From: Bacteroidia bacterium
GTDB lineage: Bacteria; Bacteroidota; Bacteroidia; UKL13-3
DNA: 64,000 nucleotides
NCBI GenBank assembly: GCA_018058135.1
Contig: JAGPCK010000001.1
Span: 60,617-124,616 of the forward strand
Reading direction: 5' to 3'
The notes beneath the pieces were generated by a model, which saw only the letters and a list, made by a program, of their open reading frames with translations, was not told the origin of the DNA and searched no databases. This document shows, piece by piece, positions 19,847-28,323 of this stretch (positions are counted from its first letter, which is position 1; each line of letters begins with the position of its first letter). The translations under genes and the position numbers were made by a program.

Positions 19847-20749
19847 TTAAAACAAATAAAGCACCTGCACTGCTGAACGAGATCTGGTACTTGCAAAACC
19901 GCTGTTAAGTTGCTCCTGAATTGGTAAAGTAATACTTACGCCTGCACTTATTCTCCTGAAGTATGCATCAACTCCTGAAGAAATGTAGTATCCATTACCC
20001 CCCGTAAACTTTTGCTCAATACCATACTTTCTGTCTCTTGCTGAATATTCAGATAAACATCCTGCATGAAGCAAAAATGAAGTTGCTTTTGCTTTTCCCC
20101 AATAAAAGAAACGCAAACTTGATATCAACCTGTTGCCATAACTATAGTCACCATTTGAGGTATTGATTCGAAATGTAGCATCTGCATTGGCACCTACTTT
20201 TTTATATCGCAAAGTGTAAATCATGTTTACACTATAGTCCCATGTACCTGTTCCTGTTTGTATTGATGCCGGTTTGTTGTTGCTGAACCTACCCGAAGGG
20301 AACTTTATACCTCCCCCTAACATGAGGGTATTGCGGTAAGTAAACCTTCCACTGTCTCCGGTATTAATAAGAATGAAATGGCCCAAAATTGATAAATCAG
20401 AAAGTCCTTTAGAAGATGATGTATGATCTTGTTCCTTTCTTACATTATATTGATAAGGAACTGATGCATAACCAACAATTCTTCTGGTAAAAAAATATCG
20501 CCCCCACACCTCAAATCTGTTCAGGCTTTCATAATACTTGGAATTTGTCTGTGGAAAAAGCGTGGGGGTATGGCGCATCTTATAACTGCTGCTCATATAC
20601 CTGATGCCTGCAAAATTTCTACTAAACTGGGGTAATATTCCAAAATAGTTCGCATTCACTGAGCATCCGCATACATCACATGCATACAAATTCAAATGAC
20701 TGCAAAAAAATATGGCAAATGCCATAAAAATACCCGCTGGTGCTTTCAT
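19847..20749 (-). CDS. Putative outer-membrane beta-barrel protein with a Cys-rich CDVCGC motif after the signal peptide
   Basis: 300 aa, N-terminus MKAPAGIFMAFAIFFCSHLNLYACDVCGCS. Alternating hydrophobic pattern throughout, and a C-terminal ..VQVLYLF aromatic terminus typical of beta-barrel outer-membrane proteins. Confidence 0.45.
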   Translation of the reverse strand: MKAPAGIFMAFAIFFCSHLNLYACDVCGCSVNANYFGILPQFSRNFAGIRYMSSSYKMRHTPTLFPQTNSKYYESLNRFEVWGRYFFTRRIVGYASVPYQYNVRKEQDHTSSSKGLSDLSILGHFILINTGDSGRFTYRNTLMLGGGIKFPSGRFSNNKPASIQTGTGTWDYSVNMIYTLRYKKVGANADATFRINTSNGDYSYGNRLISSLRFFYWGKAKATSFLLHAGCLSEYSARDRKYGIEQKFTGGNGYYISSGVDAYFRRISAGVSITLPIQEQLNSGFASTRSRSAVQVLYLF

Positions 20750-20755
20750 TCAAGA

Positions 20756-21979
20756 TCAGTTCTTGATAATCTTTGAAAAAAATATACGCCCATCTTTACC
20801 TATTGATTTTAATACAAAAAATCCTGGTCTTACCTTCTGTAAATTTATGCTTCCAGATGAGTTTTCTCCCTCAATCACCAAATCTCCTTTGTTATCGAAT
20901 AACTGATACGAGATACACTGTGAACTTAGTTTGATGTAATCTGTTGCAGGATTAGGATAAACAAGTTGAGATAAATAAGAATACTCACTATCCTTGCTTG
21001 TGCCTAATATCAAAGGTACAGACCAGAGAACAATATCACTCCTTCTATTACCTGTTGCTATTTTATTCCCATTGGGTGACCATGCAATTGTATTAATTGC
21101 CCCGCTGTCCCTAACTCCAAACGTTGATAGTTCAGTACCATCTGATAAGTTCCAAATTTTACAACTACTATCTGATGAAGCAGAGGCAATCATTTTTCCG
21201 TTTGGAGAAATATCAATCCCATTTACGCTACCGGTATGCCCCGAAATTGTTCTAATAAGCATCCCGTTATTAATGTCCCATACCTTTATTGTGCCGTCTT
21301 TAGCAGATGAAATAACAAAGTTATTATCCGGTGTTACTCTCACTTGAGTAATATCTGCTGCATGGCCAGAACATACGTATTTGAGATTACCATTTACATC
21401 CCAAATTTTCACTTTATCATCACTTCCCCCTGAAACAATACTAACCCCGTTAAAAGAATAAGCTATTGTTGTAACCCATGAGGAATGTGCATTACTAATT
21501 TCTTTTATTAATACCCCAGTTAAAATATCATAAATTTTAACTTTACCATTTGAGCAGGCAACTGCAACTTTACTATTGTCGGGCGAAACACAAGTTGCAA
21601 ATCCATAAGATGTGTTTGTAGTTATCGTGTCTTTGATTACCGGCAACAGACCCGAGTTGTTGAAAATCAATATGTTTCCAAACTCTTCAATAGTAACTAT
21701 ATATTGAGAGTTACTGCTGAAGGCAACACCCATAATGCACAAAAATGCAGATCCAACTTCATAATCCCATTTAAGCAATCCATCTGAAGAATTATAAATT
21801 CGAATTGAGGCGGGGTGACAATCTGTTCCACTAAGTACTTGTTCCCCATCTGATTTGAAAGCTACGCTATTTATGGATAGGCTATATGGATTAGCCTTTT
21901 GCGACCAATCAATTGTTTGAGCAGCAACTTTAAATGTCACTGCACAAAGCAACAGTACAATTTGTATTGAATTTCTCAT
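20756..21979 (-). CDS. WD40-repeat beta-propeller protein with T9SS type A C-terminal sorting domain
   Basis: Signal MRNSIQIVLLLCAVTFKVAAQ. WD motifs SGGSDDKVKIWDV, SSAKDGTIKVWDI, SASSDSSCKIWNL. C-terminus LVYPNPATDYIKLSS...GFFVLKSIGKDGRIFFSKIIKN. Confidence 0.8.
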   Translation of the reverse strand: MRNSIQIVLLLCAVTFKVAAQTIDWSQKANPYSLSINSVAFKSDGEQVLSGTDCHPASIRIYNSSDGLLKWDYEVGSAFLCIMGVAFSSNSQYIVTIEEFGNILIFNNSGLLPVIKDTITTNTSYGFATCVSPDNSKVAVACSNGKVKIYDILTGVLIKEISNAHSSWVTTIAYSFNGVSIVSGGSDDKVKIWDVNGNLKYVCSGHAADITQVRVTPDNNFVISSAKDGTIKVWDINNGMLIRTISGHTGSVNGIDISPNGKMIASASSDSSCKIWNLSDGTELSTFGVRDSGAINTIAWSPNGNKIATGNRRSDIVLWSVPLILGTSKDSEYSYLSQLVYPNPATDYIKLSSQCISYQLFDNKGDLVIEGENSSGSINLQKVRPGFFVLKSIGKDGRIFFSKIIKN

Positions 21980-22150
21980 ACATTCTTAATTAAATCTATA
22001 TTCTGAACTTTACTTTAACATTTCAAACACTATAACGAAAGTACACAGTAGTGAAATGACGAACCCTCCTAAAACAGGAAGAAAAGCCTTAAATAGCAAA
22101 GAGGATATCTAAAGGCAGGTAAATAATCTGCATTTAGCGATTAATGAAAA

Positions 22151-22552
22151 TCAAGCTACTTTACTATCAGCAAAAAAAGATGGTGGGTGAAAGATTTTCT
22201 TAAATGGCCCAGATGGAATAAAAAACAAAAGGGGTGAAAAAGGAGTATTTCTGAAACAAAGAAAAATTGAGGGAGTTGTGACTTTGCCTGAATTCAAAAA
22301 TAACAGAAGTTCTTTTAAGTCTTTTGCTTCAAAGGGCAGCTTCTTCTCTTGATTATCTTGTTGTTTTAGTTGTTTTTTCAGATGACACTTTCCTCTACAT
22401 TGCTGCTCAGGTTTGTTCTTATTAATACAAAGTTCTGAAACTATATAATCTTTGTTGATTATATAATAGCCAAAAATGCCTGTCTTAACAAAGCACTGAA
22501 GACTAAATGCACAAATGAGTAATATGACAATAGATTGTCTCACAAAGTGCAA
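22151..22552 (-). CDS. Hypothetical Lys/Cys-rich small protein; existence uncertain
   Basis: 133-aa ORF with a TTG start only, no internal Met, and a signal-like N-terminus. Weak support. Confidence 0.25.
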   Translation of the reverse strand: MHFVRQSIVILLICAFSLQCFVKTGIFGYYIINKDYIVSELCINKNKPEQQCRGKCHLKKQLKQQDNQEKKLPFEAKDLKELLLFLNSGKVTTPSIFLCFRNTPFSPLLFFIPSGPFKKIFHPPSFFADSKVA

Positions 22553-22607
22553 ACTTACTTCATATAAAATAAAAACAAAGGTTAAAATAAAAGATTATTC
22601 AACCAAG

Positions 22608-23702
22608 TTACTTTTTCTCCAGAAACTCCATCAATTCCCGTTTATACGATTCAACACCCAACACATCGCTCAACTGATAATAATCTCCTGTATTAGTGGT
22701 AAAATCATACGCAAACTTAGCCAACTCTAATTTATACGATTCAACCCGCAAAGTATTAACCAAAGCTTTTACCTGATTCACAGTAAAGCACTTTTTACTA
22801 CGCATAATTTGCTTGGCTGTGTTCAATCTGTTGGACTCCACAGTTTGTTTATTCAGTGTGGTTTTAATGCTGTTAAAATCGGCATCACTTACGGTACAGG
22901 GTGGTGGTGTATTGTCTGAAGGGTTTGTTTTGTTTTGCTCATTGTAAAATGCAATCAGGTTATCCTGGTTGGGCTGGTGCTTAAACACCTGAATCATTTT
23001 AAGGTAATTGCCTTGATCATAAGATCGGGCATATGTCTGCTTAAATAAAGCCAGTCGGTTAGATTCCAATTCTAACGAAATACCGATACGCATCAACTGG
23101 GCCACAGTAAGGCAACCGGTATTACTCATGGTGCCTGCTGCACCCATTTTGTCAGCATCATTGCTCATGGCCTGAATGTTTTTGAAATAATAATCAAAAT
23201 CATTATCTGCTAAAGGTGTCTCGCAACCTGTATTGCCTTTGTATGCCCGCCAATCAGGGTAAGTAATATTACTCCATGGGTTGCTTGGTGCAGGAGTTGG
23301 AACAGGTCGTGGTCGTTGTTGAGCAGGCACAGGTTTCTGTTCTTTTACAAAATCATGCAAACGAAATACTGTAGAGAAATAGGCAAAGGCATCATACACC
23401 TCCACAAAATTTTCTTTATCAGCTGTATTGATGTAAGCCGTTTTACATAAATCAAGTCTATCGTAATCATTCTCCAGCAAGGCGGCCATTTCTTTGAGTT
23501 GTGTTGCGCTCACACAGTTATTCTGAACCACACGTTTGGCCTCAGCCAATCGCGACATTTGTTGAGACTGTGCTTGCACATTACGTAACAATTGCTGGAA
23601 AGTAATGTTGGGAACAGCGGTTCCGCATTTGGAGCTTTGGGCTTGGATGTTTGACGTAAAGACAGTCAAAACAACAAGTGTAAGAAGGTATACTTTTCTC
23701 AT
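22608..23702 (-). CDS. DUF4476 domain protein (three DUF4476-like repeats), secreted
   Basis: ATG at 23702 gives MRKVYLLTLVVLTVFTSNIQAQ. Three repeats follow the pattern C.T..Q.......D.L.....AY......N...V.D.F, e.g. CVSATQLKEMAALLENDYDRLDLCKTAY, CLTVAQLMRIGISLELESNRLALFKQTY and CFTVNQVKALVNTLRVESYKLELAKFAY. Confidence 0.7.
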   Translation of the reverse strand: MRKVYLLTLVVLTVFTSNIQAQSSKCGTAVPNITFQQLLRNVQAQSQQMSRLAEAKRVVQNNCVSATQLKEMAALLENDYDRLDLCKTAYINTADKENFVEVYDAFAYFSTVFRLHDFVKEQKPVPAQQRPRPVPTPAPSNPWSNITYPDWRAYKGNTGCETPLADNDFDYYFKNIQAMSNDADKMGAAGTMSNTGCLTVAQLMRIGISLELESNRLALFKQTYARSYDQGNYLKMIQVFKHQPNQDNLIAFYNEQNKTNPSDNTPPPCTVSDADFNSIKTTLNKQTVESNRLNTAKQIMRSKKCFTVNQVKALVNTLRVESYKLELAKFAYDFTTNTGDYYQLSDVLGVESYKRELMEFLEKK

Positions 23703-23725
23703 ATTTCGAATTAATTTCAACCGTT

Positions 23726-25855
23726 TTATTCCATTTTCATACCAAGATTGTAAAACGTAAACGCCCATTGGTCGGTTGCTTCATCAATCAACTTGGAAGT
23801 AGGCTTGCCTGCACCATGACCTGCTTTTTTATCAATGCGAATAAGCACGGGGTTGTTCCCTTTGTGACAGGCCTGTAAACGCGCTGTGAACTTATAGGAG
23901 TGTGCCGGTACTACACGGTCATCATGGTCGGCTGTAGTTACTAATGTGGCCGGGTAGTTTACTCCCTCTTTAAGATTGTGCAAAGGAGAATAGAGCAACA
24001 AGTTTTTAAACATAATGAGTGAATCACTGCTGCCGTATTCGCCTATCCAACCCCAGCCTATGGTAAACTTATGGTAGCGCAACATATCCATTACACCTAC
24101 AGCAGGTAAAGCCACCTTAAACAATTCAGGTCGCTGGCACATTACAGCACCTACCAGGAGTCCACCATTCGAGCCACCTTTGATAGCCAGTTTTTGTGAG
24201 GAGGTGTATTTTTCATTAATCAGAAATTCTGCGCAAGCAATAAGGTCATTAAACACATTCTGTTTTTTCAGCAACATACCTGCTTCATGCCACTCTTCTC
24301 CGTACTCTCCGCCACCACGTAAATTAGCTAAGGCATAAATACCACCCTGCTCTAAAAATACCAGGTTGGAAATACTGAAAGAGGGTGTAAGGCTGATGTT
24401 AAATCCTCCGTAACCGTATAATAAAGCAGGGTTATTACCATCCAGCTTAATGCCTTTTTTGTGAACCAAAAACATAGGTACTTTGGTTCCGTCTATTGAC
24501 TTGGCAAAAACCTGTTTGGTTTCATATTGTTCGAAATCAAATTTGATATCCGGCTTTTTGAAAAGTGTAGTGGCGTTTGTAGTAATATCATATTTATAAA
24601 CACAGGAAGGATAGGTAAACGAAGTAAAAGTAAAATATACTTCTTTATCCTCACGATGGCCGGAGAAACCACTTACAGTTCCCAACGCAGGTAATTGTAC
24701 TTCGGCTTCCTGTTTACCTTTTGCATCAAACACGTACACCCGGCTGGTAGCATCTTTCATGTACACGGCCAATAGCTTTCCACCTGTGTATGAAATGCTC
24801 TCCAGCACTTCATCTTTACGTTCAGCAATTAATTCTTTCCAGTTCTTTTCATTCGGATTGGCCGGGTCAATCAGTACTACTTTTTTGTGAGGGGCATTGC
24901 GGTTAGTAAGAACTATGAGTTGATCGCCCATGTTATCAATCACCACATTCTCACTTTCAAAATCATTGATTAACGGTTTAAGGGATGAACCTGCTTTTGA
25001 TAAATCTCTTACAGATACTGCATTTTTAGATGCCGCACCTTCTGAAATATGCATAAGCATAAAACGCTCGTCTTCGGTTACGCCTATATCATAATAACGT
25101 TGTGGTTTGGAAGCATCATGATATACCAGCTCATCTTTGCTTTGGTCATTACCCAACTGGTGGTAATATATTTTATGGTATTCATTTTTAGCTGAAAGTT
25201 CTTTACCATCCACCGGGGCATCATAACGACAATAGAAAAATCCGTTTTTGTACCAGGAAGCGCCTGAGAATTTAATCCACTGTAAATGGTCGGCAGTTTT
25301 TTTACCGGTGTTCAAATCGAGCACAAAAAACTCGTTCCAGTCACTTCCTCCACTGGATGTGCCGTAAGCAGCAAAATCACCTTTGCGGTCGGGGGTGAAC
25401 ATCGTCAGTGATACTGTTCCGTCAGTCGAAAGTTTGTTGGGGTCAATCAATTCTTTCCCTTCTGCATCGGCTTTGTCCATTTGAAACAATATGCTCTGAT
25501 TCTGCAACCCATTGTTGCGGTACATAAAATATTTACTGCCTGATTTGAATGGAGCGCCAAACTTTGGATAATTCCACAGCTGTGTAAGACGGTCTTTTAT
25601 TTGTTTGCGGAAAGGAATTTTATCTAAGTAAGCAAAGGTAACTTCGTTTTGCTTGTCAACCCACTGCGATGTGGTATCTGAGTTTTCGTTCTCAAGCCAA
25701 TGGTAGGGATCGGCTACTTCTATTCCAAAGTAATTGTCTTTGTGATCTGATTTAATGGAGTACGGATAATTGAGTTGTTCTTGCACAGTCGCTGATTTTT
25801 GATTGCAGGCAGTAGCCAGCAAAATGATGGAAAATAAATATGTAGTCTGTTTCAT
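23726..25855 (-). CDS. Prolyl oligopeptidase (S9A family serine peptidase)
   Basis: ATG at 25855 gives MKQTTYLFSIILLATACNQ; the track's 25876 start is a GTG. S9 catalytic motif GGSNGGLLVGAV. The N-terminal beta-propeller portion is typical of prolyl endopeptidase. Confidence 0.85.
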   Translation of the reverse strand: MKQTTYLFSIILLATACNQKSATVQEQLNYPYSIKSDHKDNYFGIEVADPYHWLENENSDTTSQWVDKQNEVTFAYLDKIPFRKQIKDRLTQLWNYPKFGAPFKSGSKYFMYRNNGLQNQSILFQMDKADAEGKELIDPNKLSTDGTVSLTMFTPDRKGDFAAYGTSSGGSDWNEFFVLDLNTGKKTADHLQWIKFSGASWYKNGFFYCRYDAPVDGKELSAKNEYHKIYYHQLGNDQSKDELVYHDASKPQRYYDIGVTEDERFMLMHISEGAASKNAVSVRDLSKAGSSLKPLINDFESENVVIDNMGDQLIVLTNRNAPHKKVVLIDPANPNEKNWKELIAERKDEVLESISYTGGKLLAVYMKDATSRVYVFDAKGKQEAEVQLPALGTVSGFSGHREDKEVYFTFTSFTYPSCVYKYDITTNATTLFKKPDIKFDFEQYETKQVFAKSIDGTKVPMFLVHKKGIKLDGNNPALLYGYGGFNISLTPSFSISNLVFLEQGGIYALANLRGGGEYGEEWHEAGMLLKKQNVFNDLIACAEFLINEKYTSSQKLAIKGGSNGGLLVGAVMCQRPELFKVALPAVGVMDMLRYHKFTIGWGWIGEYGSSDSLIMFKNLLLYSPLHNLKEGVNYPATLVTTADHDDRVVPAHSYKFTARLQACHKGNNPVLIRIDKKAGHGAGKPTSKLIDEATDQWAFTFYNLGMKME

Positions 25856-25981
25856 GTATGCATTAACTAAGTACACAAAAGTAATAAAACAAGGTGATTA
25901 TGTGTAGCACATACAAAATAGACGAGGCGCTCATTTTGTGCTTCGGGTTTTCAAGGGTTATGTGCACCTTTGCGTTCAGAA

Positions 25982-26827
25982 ATGTTGCGCATCTATCAAC
26001 TGATTTCTTACCTTAATCTGGATGTAGTAGCCGGAGCAATTTGCTGCTCCCTGTTTGCCGGACAAGTGCTTCACCTTACAGAAGACAGAACCATTATGCA
26101 TTGGTGCTTAGGCTTAAGCATCTGGTTAATTTACACGGCCGACCGTTTGCTTGATGTTAACCAAAAGGGGTATCAGCCAAACAGTCGCAGGCATCTATTT
26201 GCGAAACGGCACATCAAAATATTAACTGTTTTGTGTATCGCAGTATTTTTAGCGGACACTTACCTTGCCTTATTTGTGCTGCAACATACACTTATTGTTT
26301 ACGGATTTTTAGTGCTATCCGTTGTGGCCGCCTATTACATTTTACTTAAAATGCTGCAAGCTAAGCGGGCCATATGGTTTCAAAAAGAACCGGTTATTGC
26401 GGTAGTATACACTATGGGTGTATGGGGTAGCAACGTTTGGTTAAGCGGAAGCATGTCCGCACATCACTTTTTTTACCTGTTACTTCCTTTCTATTGTCTG
26501 GCGCTCATGAATCTGCTCTTGTTCTCCTACTTTGAAACAGAACGTGATGAGGAAAATGCAGAAAGATCCATTGCAATAATGTTGGGTCAAAAGCTCACCG
26601 GCAGAATAATCATGGTTTGTTTTGCTCTAATACTAACTTTTAGTGTTACCCTTTTGCAGGTTGAACCCAACCGCGAGAATCTGATTATTTGTGTAACACG
26701 AACAGCTATGGGTTTTATTCTATTCTCCCTTTACTACCGCAATGAATATTTTTACGAAAAGGAGCGGTACCGTTTTGTTGGAGACGGAGTGTTTATGTTG
26801 CCCTATCTGGCTATCTCTTTGCTGTAA
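25982..26827 (+). CDS. Polytopic membrane protein, possibly a UbiA-like prenyltransferase
   Basis: ATG at 25982; the track's 25970 start is a TTG. It has 8-9 hydrophobic helices and Asp-rich segments (TADRLLDVN, ETERDEENAE). It is convergent with, and overlaps by 25 bp, an FAD oxidoreductase gene. Function is tentative. Confidence 0.35.
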   Translation: MLRIYQLISYLNLDVVAGAICCSLFAGQVLHLTEDRTIMHWCLGLSIWLIYTADRLLDVNQKGYQPNSRRHLFAKRHIKILTVLCIAVFLADTYLALFVLQHTLIVYGFLVLSVVAAYYILLKMLQAKRAIWFQKEPVIAVVYTMGVWGSNVWLSGSMSAHHFFYLLLPFYCLALMNLLLFSYFETERDEENAERSIAIMLGQKLTGRIIMVCFALILTFSVTLLQVEPNRENLIICVTRTAMGFILFSLYYRNEYFYEKERYRFVGDGVFMLPYLAISLL

Positions 26828-28284
26828 CCTCTATCGTCTTTCAATAACTTGTGGGCGGCAATTATTCCGCTCAGCGTAACCCCGGGAATACCCTGGCCGG
26901 GATAGGCAGAATCTCCGCACAAATATGCTCCCTGTTTATCCAGCCGTGCTTCAGGCATTTGCCAGGGCTTGATATTTTTGTATTGAGGATAACCTCCTAC
27001 AAAACCGTATTTACGACCCGTCCATTTTTCCCAATCAGAGGTTACCGAAGAATGACGGTAAATAATTTCTTCTTTACGAATGAGTTCTTTTTGATGCAGC
27101 AGGTTCAACACAGCTTCGTCTATAGCTGCTTTATCTGCTTTGAACTGATGCGGGTGGCGGATGTGTGTGGTGACGGATGCAATAAGTTCATTTTCTTGAC
27201 AACGTAACTCATCATGCGGATGTGAAAGACTCAGAAAGACTGTTGCTGCATCTATTCCGGGCAATGGCGCATGTAAATGAATCTGCTGATGTATGGCTTT
27301 GTACGTTCGAACACGTTTGGCGGCAATATTAAGTTGATAAGCGCTGTACAATTGTTCAGGTGGCAATACTTTTTTGCTGTGACGTTGTGTTAGTTCTTCA
27401 TCAAATATTTCCACCACGTTATTCAATGGAATAGCAGCAATAACTTTTCTGCACGTGTAGGTTGCCTTATTGGTGTCAACCAAATAACCGTCTTTTTGCC
27501 GGCTCACACCAAGCACCCTTTCACGCAATACCAATTCTCCTTTGTGCTCACATATAAAATCAACAAACGGTTTTACCAGCTGTGCATTTCCACCGGGAAT
27601 GTAGTGATTAGTATAATTGGTATAGCACAATGCAGCTGCACCAAACAATACGTTTACTTCTGCTGCATAATTTTGTGCCGAAATAATCAACTGCTCGTTT
27701 ACAAAATCAACAAAGCGATTGTTGTTCCAAAGATTGTGCTGCTGTAGGAGCTGTTTCATTGTAACAAAACTGTAAGGAACATAGCGCAATTGTTTTAGTG
27801 AAACATTGGCCGCAATATCCAGCAGGTCGCTCAAATTTGCCGGAGGAAAACTGAGTTGCTGCAAAGAATTCTCCCACACAAAATTGCTGATACGGTAACA
27901 TTGTTGCCAAAAACCGCGTTGATTTTCCGCTCCAAAAACCCGCTCAGCCTCCGTTATCCATTGCTCTAAATTCTGGTAACGGGTAACCTGAGTTCCGTTT
28001 GCCAAATGAATCACCATGGGTACATCCAAGGGTAATGTATTGAGTTGAATACCTAATTTATTGCATACATAATGCAAGGGCATGTGCTCATTCAAACCTA
28101 CCAATGTAGTAGCACCCGATTCAAACCAATATCCTTTGCGTTGGTAAGATGTGGTGCAACCTCCGGCTATATAATTTTGCTCAATTACTTTTACACGCAA
28201 TCCTTTATTCACCAACAAGGCTGCAGCTGTTAAACCGCCCATGCCGCTGCCAATTACGATTACGTCTGCATCAGGTGTATCCAT
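26803..28284 (-). CDS. FAD-dependent oxidoreductase, phytoene-desaturase (CrtI/CrtD-like) family
   Basis: MDTPDADVIVIGSGMGGLTAAALLVNKGLRVKVIEQNYIAGGCTTSY, a dinucleotide-binding GxGxxG motif. C-terminal ..GDSAYPGQGIPGV. Confidence 0.7.
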   Translation of the reverse strand: MDTPDADVIVIGSGMGGLTAAALLVNKGLRVKVIEQNYIAGGCTTSYQRKGYWFESGATTLVGLNEHMPLHYVCNKLGIQLNTLPLDVPMVIHLANGTQVTRYQNLEQWITEAERVFGAENQRGFWQQCYRISNFVWENSLQQLSFPPANLSDLLDIAANVSLKQLRYVPYSFVTMKQLLQQHNLWNNNRFVDFVNEQLIISAQNYAAEVNVLFGAAALCYTNYTNHYIPGGNAQLVKPFVDFICEHKGELVLRERVLGVSRQKDGYLVDTNKATYTCRKVIAAIPLNNVVEIFDEELTQRHSKKVLPPEQLYSAYQLNIAAKRVRTYKAIHQQIHLHAPLPGIDAATVFLSLSHPHDELRCQENELIASVTTHIRHPHQFKADKAAIDEAVLNLLHQKELIRKEEIIYRHSSVTSDWEKWTGRKYGFVGGYPQYKNIKPWQMPEARLDKQGAYLCGDSAYPGQGIPGVTLSGIIAAHKLLKDDRGYSKEIAR

Positions 28285-28323
28285 TACTGAATAGTGACAC
28301 CTGAACCTCGGAAATGTTTGTTG

